DNA of 64,000 nt from Clostridia bacterium (GCA_017547885.1 JAFYOP010000004.1:195287-259286); one strand, 5' to 3'. Shown: positions 18,561-27,131, numbered from the stretch's first letter. Notes: generated from the letters alone by a model not told the origin. Numbers and translations are program-made.

Positions 18561-19607
18561 ATGAAGAAACTGTTGGCAATCCTTATGACTGCTATTATGC
18601 TGCTTGGCCTTATGGCAGGCTGCGCTCCCAAGCAGGAAGCTGTTGAGGCTCCCGCTGAGGAAGCAGTAGAAGAAGTAGTGGAAGAAGTGGTTGAGGAAGT
18701 TGCAGAAGAAGCCGCTGAAGAAGCTGTTGTTGTGGATACCGTTATCCTTAAGGAGCAGGATGACAAGATGATCAATACCTATTCCGCAATCGCTGTTAAT
18801 CCCGAAGCTCCCTTTGCGGATGCTGACGGCAACCCCGTTGCTGATGTAGCGGTTAACACCGCCGGTGCCGATGCTCTCATTCAGTTCCTCCTCAGCGAGG
18901 AAGGCCTTAAGCTTGCGGGCGAATACGGCGTTGAGCAGTATGGCGACTATCTGTTCTATGTAAAGGAAGATGCTCCCCGCTATGAGGGCGAGATCGCTGC
19001 TGCCACCGAGGAGACCAAGGTTATCCGCCTCTCCACCACCACCTCTGTAAATGACTCCGGCCTGCTGGGCTATCTGCTGCCCGCATTTGAAGAGGCCTAT
19101 GGTTATACCGTAGAAGTACAGTCCGCTGGTACCGGCAAGGCCATCGCCGCCGCCAAGTACGGCAATGCCGACCTTATCCTCGTACATTCCAAGAGCCAGG
19201 AAGAGGCCTTTGTTGAGGAAGGCTTCGGCCGCGTGCTGGAAGGCTTTGACAGCGAGCGTCTCTCCTTCATCTACAATTACTTTGTACTCTGCGGTCCTTC
19301 CGCTGACCCCGCTGGCGCAGGTACTGCCGCCGATGTTCTCACCGCCTTCGCATCCATTGCCGACGGCAAGTACACCTTCATTTCCCGCGGCGATTCCTCC
19401 GGCACTCACACCAAGGAACTGTCCCTGTGGCCCGAGGCTCTCGGCATCACCGCTGAGGCTGACTCCTTTGCAGCTTACACCGATTGGTATGTTTCCGCCA
19501 ACACCGGTATGGGCGCATGCCTTGTAATGGCAGAGGAAATGGGCGGCTACATCCTTACCGATAAGGCCACCTTCCTTACCTTCGTTGCCAATGACGGCGT
19601 GATGTAA
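18561..19607 (+). CDS. tupA: Tungstate ABC transporter substrate-binding lipoprotein (TupA family), apparently circularly permuted
   Basis: Lipobox LMAGC, an acidic (E/V/A) linker, and TupA hallmarks (TTTSVNDSGLL, AGTGKA, ISRGDSSGTHTKE). The segment normally C-terminal (NTYSAIAVNP...) lies at the N-terminus. Confidence 0.8.
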   Translation: MKKLLAILMTAIMLLGLMAGCAPKQEAVEAPAEEAVEEVVEEVVEEVAEEAAEEAVVVDTVILKEQDDKMINTYSAIAVNPEAPFADADGNPVADVAVNTAGADALIQFLLSEEGLKLAGEYGVEQYGDYLFYVKEDAPRYEGEIAAATEETKVIRLSTTTSVNDSGLLGYLLPAFEEAYGYTVEVQSAGTGKAIAAAKYGNADLILVHSKSQEEAFVEEGFGRVLEGFDSERLSFIYNYFVLCGPSADPAGAGTAADVLTAFASIADGKYTFISRGDSSGTHTKELSLWPEALGITAEADSFAAYTDWYVSANTGMGACLVMAEEMGGYILTDKATFLTFVANDGVM

Positions 19608-19642
19608 GGTATTGAAAAAGCAGCATAAATAAAGCATAATAT

Positions 19643-19668
19643 CATTGGGCAGAGTTTTCTGCCCAATG
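19643..19668. repeat. 26-nt palindrome, copy 1 (CATTGGGCAGAGTTTTCTGCCCAATG)
   Basis: 11-bp stem with a 4-nt loop. A second copy with one substitution lies at 19875-19900. Confidence 0.9.
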
Positions 19669-19698
19669 TACCTATCAGAAAGTAAATTTTCGGGGATT

Positions 19699-19728
19699 AT
19701 CAAGGGGTCGCAACCCCTTGATTTTAAT
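19699..19728 (+). terminator. Terminator-like hairpin inside the tupA-tupB spacer
   Basis: ATCAAGGGGT-CGCA-ACCCCTTGAT followed by TTTAATT. Confidence 0.5.
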
Positions 19729-19836
19729 TCCGGCTCTGACGACAAGTGCGTCAGAACGGATGAAAACTGTTAGGTTTTCGTACATTGCCGGTTTTGCCGC
19801 CCGGGAACGAAAGCGAGAGGCAAAACCAGTAAAAAC

Positions 19837-19867
19837 TCGAAAAAGTGGCTATAGGCCACTTTTTCGA
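19837..19867. repeat. 13-bp-stem palindromic hairpin in the tupA-tupB spacer
   Basis: TCGAAAAAGTGGC-TATAG-GCCACTTTTTCGA. Confidence 0.8.
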
Positions 19868-19874
19868 AACTCTG

Positions 19875-19900
19875 CATTGGGCAGAGCTTTCTGCCCAATG
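19875..19900. repeat. 26-nt palindrome, copy 2 (CATTGGGCAGAGCTTTCTGCCCAATG)
   Basis: Direct repeat of 19643-19668 with one loop substitution. Ends 21 nt before the tupB ATG. Confidence 0.9.
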
Positions 19901-19921
19901 ATACATTTTGGAGGTCGCAGC

Positions 19922-20608
19922 ATGCAGTCCGCGCTGGAAAAGGCCATTGAGCTGATATTATCCGGCAACCGTGAGCTTATCAACATACTCTCGGTAACCG
20001 CAAAAATGAGCATAAGCAGCTCCCTGATAGCGCTGCTTATAGGCGTGCCCATAGGCATTGCCTTAGGCTCTGCTTCTTTTCGCGGGCGGAGCAGCCTTGT
20101 GGTGATAAACCGCACCCTTATGAGCATGCCCCCTGTGGTGTGTGGTCTGCTGTTTTATATGCTGTTTTCAGGGGTTGGCCCCTTCAGGAGCATGAAGCTG
20201 CTGTTTACCGTAAAGATAATGATAATGGCCCAGGTGGTGCTGATAACCCCAATAGTCATAGGCAATATGGAAAGCTATGTGGCCGCTGTGGCTGCACCTG
20301 TGCGGGAAACCGCAAGGGGACTTGGCTTGGGAAAGGGAAAAACGCTTCTTTTGCTGCTGAATGAATGCGTTTATCAGATATTCTCGGTATACCTTCTGGC
20401 CTTTGCAAGGGCTATCGCCGAGGTGGGCGCCGTAAGCATGGTTGGCGGCGCCATAGCGTGGAAAACCAACGTAATGACCACCGCCATAATGCAGTATACC
20501 AACCGTGGTGATTTTTCAATTGGCATAGCTCTGGGCATAATACTCATGACATCATCACTTATAGTCAACATTGCCATATCCCTGCTGCAAAGGAGGGTGG
20601 GCCGATGA
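19922..20608 (+). CDS. tupB: Tungstate ABC transporter permease TupB
   Basis: Binding-protein-dependent permease fold (five or six TM segments, EAA-like ARGLGLGKGKT loop). ATG at 19922 follows GGAGG. The ORF-track N-terminal extension covers the hairpin spacer and is rejected. Confidence 0.85.
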   Translation: MQSALEKAIELILSGNRELINILSVTAKMSISSSLIALLIGVPIGIALGSASFRGRSSLVVINRTLMSMPPVVCGLLFYMLFSGVGPFRSMKLLFTVKIMIMAQVVLITPIVIGNMESYVAAVAAPVRETARGLGLGKGKTLLLLLNECVYQIFSVYLLAFARAIAEVGAVSMVGGAIAWKTNVMTTAIMQYTNRGDFSIGIALGIILMTSSLIVNIAISLLQRRVGR

Positions 20609-21261
20609 AGATAGCTAACTTTACCAAAACATACGGCGGCCGAAAAGTGCTGGATGTGCCTGAGTTTGAATTGAAGACGGGCAGCATATACGCCGTGATA
20701 GGCGCAAACGGCAGCGGCAAATCCACTATGGCAAAGATACTTGCCGGGGCGCTGCCTTCAGACGGCGGCATTCTTCCCCTGGAAAAGGGTATATCCGTGG
20801 GCTATATGCCCCAGAAAAGCTATGCCTTCCGCATGACCACGCAAAAGAACATACTGCTCCGGGGCGGGGACGAGAAAAAAGCCGAGGAGCTTATGCAGCG
20901 CCTTGGCATACAGAGCCTTGCCAAAAACAGGGCGGACAGGCTTTCCGGCGGCGAGACCGCACGAATGGCCCTTGCCCGGCTTATGATGGGCAAATATGAC
21001 CTTGTGATACTGGATGAGCCCACCGCCGCAATGGATATGGAATCCACGGCTCTTTCCGAGGAGCTGATAAAGGACTACTGCAAAGAGACAGGCTGCACCA
21101 TGCTGCTGGTGACCCACAGCATGCGCCAGGCAAGGCGGCTGGGCGACGAAGCCATATTCCTCCACGGTGGGAAATTATGGGAACAGGGGCCCGTGGAAAA
21201 GGTGCTTTTCTTCCCCGAAAGGGAAGAAACCGCAAAGTTCCTTGATTTTTACGGGGTGTAG
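20605..21261 (+). CDS. tupC: Tungstate ABC transporter ATP-binding protein TupC
   Basis: Walker A GANGSGKST, signature LSGGETARMAL, Walker B LVILDEPT. Overlaps the tupB stop. Confidence 0.85.
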   Translation: MKIANFTKTYGGRKVLDVPEFELKTGSIYAVIGANGSGKSTMAKILAGALPSDGGILPLEKGISVGYMPQKSYAFRMTTQKNILLRGGDEKKAEELMQRLGIQSLAKNRADRLSGGETARMALARLMMGKYDLVILDEPTAAMDMESTALSEELIKDYCKETGCTMLLVTHSMRQARRLGDEAIFLHGGKLWEQGPVEKVLFFPEREETAKFLDFYGV

Positions 21262-21421
21262 CGCATAATACAATAGTGCTCCACAAAATGGGCAATGTTT
21301 GAAAAAACAGCTAACAGGCACAGCGGATTTATCTGCTGTGCCTGTCCTTGTAAAATGGGGTTTTGTTTAGTAGTATGTATGTAAACAGGTCGATAAATAA
21401 GAATTTGACGGAGAAAATGAA

Positions 21422-21997
21422 ATGAGCAAATATATCATTAACCCTTGTAGTGGTATGAAAATAGAAGCGGCTAAAGGCCAGATAATTGAAATCGTAGATA
21501 TCGATGGCGGGCAGGTCGTTGACTTTTTCGCAGAAATGAGAACAAATTCGGACGAGTTTGTATCTCCCGGCGTGACTATTGATTGTAATGAATCCCTGCG
21601 GTTGAATGTGGGAGATATTATCTACTCCAATAAATACACACCGATGTTTAAGATCGTTTATGATGATGTAAAGGAACACGATCTTATACATCCTTGTTGC
21701 AGACCGGAAATGTATAATTTCTTTTACCATAATGGTAAAGAACACCCAAATTGCCTTGATAACATCAACGGCGCAATCGGCACATCACATCCTATTATTC
21801 GTCCCATAAATCTTTTTATGTATACGAAAATCAATGCAGACGGAAGTATTGAAGTGTGCACACCACTGTCAAAAGCCAACGATAAGGTCGTACTTGAGGC
21901 TTTAGCTGACGTGACACTCGGTATAGCTGCTTGCAGCGTTTCGGAAAGTTCTTGCAACAGTGGTAAATGCACAGCTGTCGAGGTTGTCGTTAAATAA
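21422..21997 (+). CDS. DUF1989 (urea-carboxylase-associated / aminomethyltransferase-fold) family protein
   Basis: 191 aa. The GQVVDFFA...DLIHPCC pattern matches my recollection of DUF1989. G+C is lower than in the flanks. Confidence 0.6.
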   Translation: MSKYIINPCSGMKIEAAKGQIIEIVDIDGGQVVDFFAEMRTNSDEFVSPGVTIDCNESLRLNVGDIIYSNKYTPMFKIVYDDVKEHDLIHPCCRPEMYNFFYHNGKEHPNCLDNINGAIGTSHPIIRPINLFMYTKINADGSIEVCTPLSKANDKVVLEALADVTLGIAACSVSESSCNSGKCTAVEVVVK

Positions 21998-22054
21998 ACA
22001 AATTCCAATTTAACGAATAGATAACATCACAATCCTATACACAGACACAAAGAT

Positions 22055-22088
22055 TAAGGGCCACTTCACACAGTGAAGCGGCCCTTTA
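22055..22088. terminator. Bidirectional terminator between the DUF1989 gene and rpmE
   Basis: AAGGGCCACTTCAC-ACA-GTGAAGCGGCCCTT hairpin (one mismatch) between convergent genes. Confidence 0.55.
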
Positions 22089-22101
22089 ACGGTCGTTTTA
22101 A

Positions 22102-22302
22102 TTAGTTCATGCTGTAGCGCTTCTTGAAGCGATCCACGCGTCCGCCGGTATCTACCAGCTTCTGACGGCCGGTATAGAACGGATGGCACTTGGAGCAGAT
22201 TTCGACCTTGAGTTCGCCCTTAACGGAACCGCTCTTGAAGGTCTCGCCGCAAGCGCAGCGAACGATGCTCTCACCATAAGTGGGATGGATATCCTTCTTC
22301 AT
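22102..22302 (-). CDS. rpmE: 50S ribosomal protein L31
   Basis: [22 protein letters not shown]...[13 protein letters not shown]. The ATG at 22302 gives the canonical 66-aa protein. Confidence 0.95.
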   Translation of the reverse strand: MKKDIHPTYGESIVRCACGETFKSGSVKGELKVEICSKCHPFYTGRQKLVDTGGRVDRFKKRYSMN

Positions 22303-22446
22303 TTTATCCTCCTTTTTTGCTGGGCGCAGGGCGATTAGCCGCCCTCCTGCTGCATACGGGCACAATACCCCTGAGTACAAGACTCGAACGGAGTAATTAT
22401 ATCCTATACTCCGTTCGTAATCAAGGCTTTTTTTAAATATATTCGG

Positions 22447-24270
22447 CTATTTTATAAAACTTTTGCCCATTGTAAAACCGTCTTTTTCATAGGCATTGGA
22501 CCAGCTTTGAAGCTTTGCCACAAATTCCTCGTTTGTGTCGGTTTTTTCCAGCATTGCGATGAGCTGTTCCGTAACGTCGGCGTTGCCTGTGCCAAGGATG
22601 CGGCGCATGTTGGATACCGCTTCCTGCTCCTCCTTGGTGAGCAGCAGCTCATCACGGCGGGTGCCGCTCTTGTAGATGTCGATGGCGGGGAATATGCGCC
22701 TCTCGGACAGCTTGCGGTCCAGATGAATTTCCATATTGCCGGTGCCCTTGAATTCCTCGTAAACTATATCGTCCATGCGGCTGCCGGTTTCGATGAGGGC
22801 GGTGGCGATTATGGTAAGGCTGCCGCCGTCTTCAATATTGCGGGCAGAGCCAAAGAAGCGCTTGGGCTTGTGGAGAGCTCCGGGGTCCATACCGCCGGAA
22901 AGGGTTTTGCCTGTGGCGGGAATGGTAACGTTGTAGGCGCGGGTAAGGCGGGTGATGGAGTCTATCAGCACCACAACGTCCTTGCCCTGCTCAACAAGGC
23001 GCATGGCCCGCTCGTGAGCCATTTCAGCAACCCGGGTGTGGTGCTCGGGCAGTTCGTCAAAGGTGGAATACAGCACTTCGCCCTTTATGCTGCGCTGCAT
23101 GTCGGTAACTTCCTCGGGGCGCTCGTCGATAAGCAGAACGATGAGGGTAACATCGGGGTAATTCTTGGTTATGCCGTTTGCGATGTTTTTGAGAAGCGTT
23201 GTTTTGCCGCTCTTGGGCTGGCTTACGATAAGCCCGCGCTGACCTTTGCCGATGGGGGCGATAAGGTCTACAAGGCGGATAGCCAGGTTCTGATCACGGG
23301 AATCTATGTCGTTGCTGCCCTCAAGGGTAAGCCTTTCGTTGGGATAAATCGGAACAAGCTCTTCAAAGGATTTGCGCTTTATGGCTTCTTCAGGGTCTAT
23401 GCCGTTTATGGCGGTGATGTACAGCAGGGCGAGGAATCTTTCGCCTTCCTTGCTGGGGCGGGTCTTGCCGGTTACAAGGTCGCCTGTGCGCAGGCCGAAA
23501 CGGCGTATCTGGGCAATGGAAACGTAAATGTCATGGTTGCCGGGCAGATAGTTTTCGCTGCGGAGAAAGCCGTAACCATCGGGCAGCACTTCAAGAACGC
23601 CTTCGCAGTCGCCGCATTCGCCGCCTTCAAGGAGGCCGGGCACAGCGGGATTGCTGGTACCGTATTCTTTATTGTAGTAGCCCTCCGGTCTGTCGGGGCG
23701 GCGGTAGGCTTCTTCGTTCTGCTGTTCAAATGTCTGATAGCCGGATTGGGCATAGTCTCGGTTGTAGGACTGATAGCCCTGCTGATAGCTGGCCTGATAG
23801 CCGGGCTGGGAATAGTCCCGGTTATAGGCCTGATAGCCCTGCTGGTAATTGGACTGATAGCCGGCCTGAGAATAGTCACGGTTATGATTCTGGTAGCGGT
23901 TCTGGTTATTGTAGCCATACTGCCGCTGCTGATAGCCCTGCTGTTGATAGGGCTTGCGGTAGTTATTCTGCTGATATCCCATGGGGCGGTTCTGCGCCTG
24001 ATAGGAGGGCGCATACTGGCTGCGCGGCTGTGACATGGAATCGGGCATCTGCTCGGCAGGCATGCTGTCCTGTGAAGGGGCAGAAACCGGCTGGGAGACA
24101 GCGACAGCGGGCTCCGGGGCCGCGATCTCTTCCGCCGCAGGCTCTGCAGGGGATGCGCCTCCGTTCATTATTATGTCCACAAGCTCATTTTTGCGGTATT
24201 TGGTAAGGGACTTTACACCCTGCAGCTTGGCGATCTCCCTAAGGTCATTTAAGCTTTTTTCCTGAAGCAT
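22447..24270 (-). CDS. rho: Transcription termination factor Rho with a large Q/N/Y-rich N-terminal insertion
   Basis: Rho N-terminal SAP-like helix, CSD-like RNA-binding domain (GYGFLR...RRFGLRTGD), Walker A PKSGKT and RecA-type core. The start is the ATG at 24270, or an in-frame GTG at 24282 that lies 11 nt after GGAG. Confidence 0.95.
   Translation of the reverse strand: MLQEKSLNDLREIAKLQGVKSLTKYRKNELVDIIMNGGASPAEPAAEEIAAPEPAVAVSQPVSAPSQDSMPAEQMPDSMSQPRSQYAPSYQAQNRPMGYQQNNYRKPYQQQGYQQRQYGYNNQNRYQNHNRDYSQAGYQSNYQQGYQAYNRDYSQPGYQASYQQGYQSYNRDYAQSGYQTFEQQNEEAYRRPDRPEGYYNKEYGTSNPAVPGLLEGGECGDCEGVLEVLPDGYGFLRSENYLPGNHDIYVSIAQIRRFGLRTGDLVTGKTRPSKEGERFLALLYITAINGIDPEEAIKRKSFEELVPIYPNERLTLEGSNDIDSRDQNLAIRLVDLIAPIGKGQRGLIVSQPKSGKTTLLKNIANGITKNYPDVTLIVLLIDERPEEVTDMQRSIKGEVLYSTFDELPEHHTRVAEMAHERAMRLVEQGKDVVVLIDSITRLTRAYNVTIPATGKTLSGGMDPGALHKPKRFFGSARNIEDGGSLTIIATALIETGSRMDDIVYEEFKGTGNMEIHLDRKLSERRIFPAIDIYKSGTRRDELLLTKEEQEAVSNMRRILGTGNADVTEQLIAMLEKTDTNEEFVAKLQSWSNAYEKDGFTMGKSFIK
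23731..23883 (-). repeat. About 2.5 copies of a 60-nt tandem repeat inside rho
   Basis: Units 23761-23820 and 23821-23880 are about 50/60 identical, and 23731-23760 matches half a unit. They encode NRDYSQxGYQxxYQQGYQxY. Confidence 0.85.
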
Positions 24271-24657
24271 TTCTCGTGTCACGGGACAGATAACTCCTTT
24301 CGATAGGTCATGTATTATAAATTTGAAAATATGATTGCATTTTATAGACGCCGTCGGGGCACATAAACATAGTATGCCCAAGGACCGGCAAATCAAAACA
24401 TTGTATTTATAATTTGGTCATTTGGAATCCGGTAGCTGATATTGACAGCGGATCAGAATCGATGAGATGGCAACAAACTATACAATATAAAGATAGAAAT
24501 TCATAATTATTTATACTAATAGTATCTGCAAAAATGCCAGCTGTCAAGGGCATAAATTGTAAAAAAAGACCTTTGCATATAAAAAAAGATTTCTGCATTA
24601 TTGAAGCCTGCGGAGCATATGTTTTTACGAAATATAAACAAGGGGAGGACAGAAGGA

Positions 24658-24945
24658 ATGCAGGATCAGAGATTGCTTGAGGGTGGGCGTTTGCGCAGCC
24701 ATTCCATACATATTGACGACAGGCGGCTGATGAGCGTAAGCGGGGTAAAGGATGTGGACAGCTTTAACGAGCAGTTTGTTCAGCTTCTGACCGAAGCGGG
24801 AGAACTGCGCATCGAAGGGGCAGATCTGCACATAACCAAGCTGAACCTTGACGAGGGGCAGATAATGCTGGAGGGAGAGATAACCGCTATGGAATATGCC
24901 GAGGCGGAGGAGAGGGGCTCGCTGTTTGGCAGGATCTTCAGATGA
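24658..24945 (+). CDS. yabP: Sporulation protein YabP
   Basis: SVSGVKDVDSFNEQFVQLLTEAGELRIEGADLHI matches the YabP family. ATG at 24658. Confidence 0.85.
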   Translation: MQDQRLLEGGRLRSHSIHIDDRRLMSVSGVKDVDSFNEQFVQLLTEAGELRIEGADLHITKLNLDEGQIMLEGEITAMEYAEAEERGSLFGRIFR

Positions 24946-25277
24946 TGCCCTTTGAGCCGGGAAGGCTGGGAGAGCTGGCCTCCTTTGCAGCTGCGCTGTA
25001 CTGCGGCATACTGATAGGGATGCTGTATGATGTATTTTGCATTCTGAGGATGCCATTCAAAAGCCCGTGGATAATGGGGATATTTGACCTTTTGTATTAT
25101 ACTGCTGTAGTATGCATAGCGGCAGTGGCCATGCTGTATATAAACTGCGGTACTTTCAGGCTGTACATATACATTGCAATAGGCTTGGGAATACTGCTGT
25201 ACAAACGTTATCCCGGCAGATTGATAAAGCTGGGAATGGGAAAGTTTACAAAAAAACAGTTGCACCGCAAACCTTGA
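24942..25277 (+). CDS. yabQ: Spore cortex biosynthesis protein YabQ
   Basis: Small three-TM protein immediately after yabP with overlapping start/stop. GILIGMLYDVF motif. Confidence 0.8.
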   Translation: MMPFEPGRLGELASFAAALYCGILIGMLYDVFCILRMPFKSPWIMGIFDLLYYTAVVCIAAVAMLYINCGTFRLYIYIAIGLGILLYKRYPGRLIKLGMGKFTKKQLHRKP

Positions 25278-25319
25278 TGCATTACGATATAATTGTAAAA
25301 ATGTTATCAGGAGCGGCAA

Positions 25320-25607
25320 ATGGCAAAAAAACACCGCAAAAAAAATAAGCGTGCAAGGGCAGCCACTGCGGTTGGCCTTATCGCGGTGGTTATAATAGCG
25401 GTGGTGCTGTATTCTCAGGAAATGAAGCTCAGGGCCATATATGCCGAGCAGGCGGAGCTTGAGGAAGTAATAGCCGGGCAGGAGGAGGAGATGGACAGGC
25501 TGGAGTACATGATAGAATACACCGGCAGCGAGTCCTACCTTATCCAGTACGCAAGGGAAAAGCTGGGCTATGTACGGCCCGATGAAATAAAATTCGACGT
25601 GGAATAA
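25320..25607 (+). CDS. divIC: Septum formation initiator (DivIC/FtsB family)
   Basis: Basic N-terminus, single TM, coiled coil and C-terminal ARE(K)LGYVRPDEI motif. Conserved yabP-yabQ-divIC order. Confidence 0.8.
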   Translation: MAKKHRKKNKRARAATAVGLIAVVIIAVVLYSQEMKLRAIYAEQAELEEVIAGQEEEMDRLEYMIEYTGSESYLIQYAREKLGYVRPDEIKFDVE

Positions 25608-25621
25608 GTGCAATAAAATAT

Positions 25622-25658
25622 GCGCCGCCAAAATGTACAGGGCGGCGTATGTTGTTTT
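25622..25658 (+). terminator. Terminator-like hairpin after divIC
   Basis: CGCCGCC...GGCGGCG followed by TATGTTGTTTT. Confidence 0.5.
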
Positions 25659-25671
25659 GGGAGGAAGGCAA

Positions 25672-26289
25672 ATGCGGGATAACAGGTGGCTGGATTGGGC
25701 AGTTGAGCTGCAGAGCATAGCTCAGGCGGGCCTTTACTATGGCAAGGATGTGTTTGACATACAGCGCTTTGAGCGTGTGCGGGAGATTGCTGCGGAGATG
25801 GTATCCGAGGGCTCCGGCCTGCCCGTTGAAAAGGTCAAGGACCTTTTTTGCTGCGAAACAGGATACCAGACCCCAAAGATAGGCTGCAGAGCTGCTGTGT
25901 TTGAGGATGGAAAGATACTTATGGTGCAGGAAAGCGACGGCAGATGGACCCTGCCCGGAGGCTGGGTGGACGTATATTCATCTGTTAAAGAAGGCGTGGA
26001 AAAGGAAGTGTGGGAAGAGGCGGGGCTGAAGGTGACTGCGGAGAAGCTGATAGCCTTGCTGGACTGGAAAAAGTACTGCGATCCGCCCCGTGCCTACGGC
26101 ATATGTACCGTGTTTTTTCATTGTAAAGCCCTGGGAGGCGAATTTAAGCAAAACATCGAAACACTTTCCTCGGGTTATTTTTCATTGGACGAGCTTCCGC
26201 CTCTTGACGAAGGGAAGACAACCCGTGAGCATATCCAAATGTGCTTTGAGGCAAAGGATGCGGAAAACTGGGAACCGCTGTTTGATTAA
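25672..26289 (+). CDS. NUDIX hydrolase with N-terminal NUDIX-associated helical domain
   Basis: RWLDWAVELQSIAQAGLYYGKDVFD N-terminal domain and Nudix box GGWVDVYSSVKEGVEKEVWEEAGL. Confidence 0.85.
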   Translation: MRDNRWLDWAVELQSIAQAGLYYGKDVFDIQRFERVREIAAEMVSEGSGLPVEKVKDLFCCETGYQTPKIGCRAAVFEDGKILMVQESDGRWTLPGGWVDVYSSVKEGVEKEVWEEAGLKVTAEKLIALLDWKKYCDPPRAYGICTVFFHCKALGGEFKQNIETLSSGYFSLDELPPLDEGKTTREHIQMCFEAKDAENWEPLFD

Positions 26290-26303
26290 ATATTGAAATG
26301 ATA

Positions 26304-26331
26304 AAAGCTCCTCTGTTTTCAGAGGAGCTTT
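26304..26331. terminator. Bidirectional terminator
   Basis: AAAGCTCCTCT-GTTTTC-AGAGGAGCTTT between convergent genes. Confidence 0.65.
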
Positions 26332-26339
26332 GCCTGTTA

Positions 26340-27131
26340 TTACAGCAGCCCAAAGGCCAGTATGGCCTCCAGCACACCGCCGCCTATTGCCCTTGCCTTG
26401 TCGGATACGGTGAAGCAGTGGTCTTTGGTGCAGCGGGGGTCAACGTCGGCGCATTTCATGCCCTTGGGGGTGTCGTATCCCTCGGGCAGCAGGCCGCGAA
26501 GGACGCCGGGGATGGCGGCTATTACGTTTTCGCCGCCCACTGTGGCAACCACTTCGCCTGCTGTGACGGTGTCTCCGATCTGATGCAGGCAATGGAAGAT
26601 GCCTCCTGCGGGGGCGTGCATTACGCGCTCTGCTCCGTAGCCCGCTATCATGCCGGGTATGCCGGTATTTGGTATGGGACTCTGGCCCTGTTCATAGTAT
26701 ACACGGCCCAGGTGATGGCCCCGCTTGGTTTCTATTGCGGCGTGGCAGTCTGTTCCCACGGTAAAGCCGGGGCCCACGCCCAGCACAAGGCGGGCATCGG
26801 ACATGGCGGTGCCGGTGTTGCGCTTTGCTATTATGGCGTCTATTACAACTTCGGGATCAAGCTTTAGGGCTTCAGCTCCTGTGGGGTCTATAAGAACAGG
26901 CACGCTGCCTGCAGAAAGTATCTGCTTTGCGTGCTCTGCGCTGTCTGCCTTTATTGCTGTGAAACCTTCTACGGTTGCCGTACCGTTGTATATGGCTTCT
27001 GAAAAGGCGGCGGTGCGGCGTATGGCAGAGGGCTTTTCTATGTCTGTCATGGCCACCTGAATATTTGCAAGGCGCAGCCTCTGTGCGATGCCTGTTGCCA
27101 GGTCTCCTGCGCCCTTTATAACTGCAAGCAT
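26340..27131 (-). CDS. yqeB: YqeB/EF2563-family protein (selenium-dependent molybdenum hydroxylase maturation-type; XdhC-like Rossmann domain plus hybrid barrel)
   Basis: N-terminal VIKGAGDLATGIAQRL...PSAIRRTAAFSEAIYNG and C-terminal GDTVTAGEVVATV match my recollection of this family. Not verified by search. Confidence 0.55.
   Translation of the reverse strand: MLAVIKGAGDLATGIAQRLRLANIQVAMTDIEKPSAIRRTAAFSEAIYNGTATVEGFTAIKADSAEHAKQILSAGSVPVLIDPTGAEALKLDPEVVIDAIIAKRNTGTAMSDARLVLGVGPGFTVGTDCHAAIETKRGHHLGRVYYEQGQSPIPNTGIPGMIAGYGAERVMHAPAGGIFHCLHQIGDTVTAGEVVATVGGENVIAAIPGVLRGLLPEGYDTPKGMKCADVDPRCTKDHCFTVSDKARAIGGGVLEAILAFGLL

Noticed and set aside
19608-19921. CRISPR array in the tupA-tupB spacer.
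   Set aside because: There are only two copies of the 26-nt repeat, 206 nt apart. The repeats are perfect palindromes, the intervening sequence is itself a series of unrelated hairpins, and no cas genes are present.
19718-19921. The 68-aa N-terminal extension of the tupB ORF in the track.
   Set aside because: It is translated from the hairpin-rich spacer and has no permease-like sequence. A GGAGG-ATG start at 19922 gives a normal TupB N-terminus.
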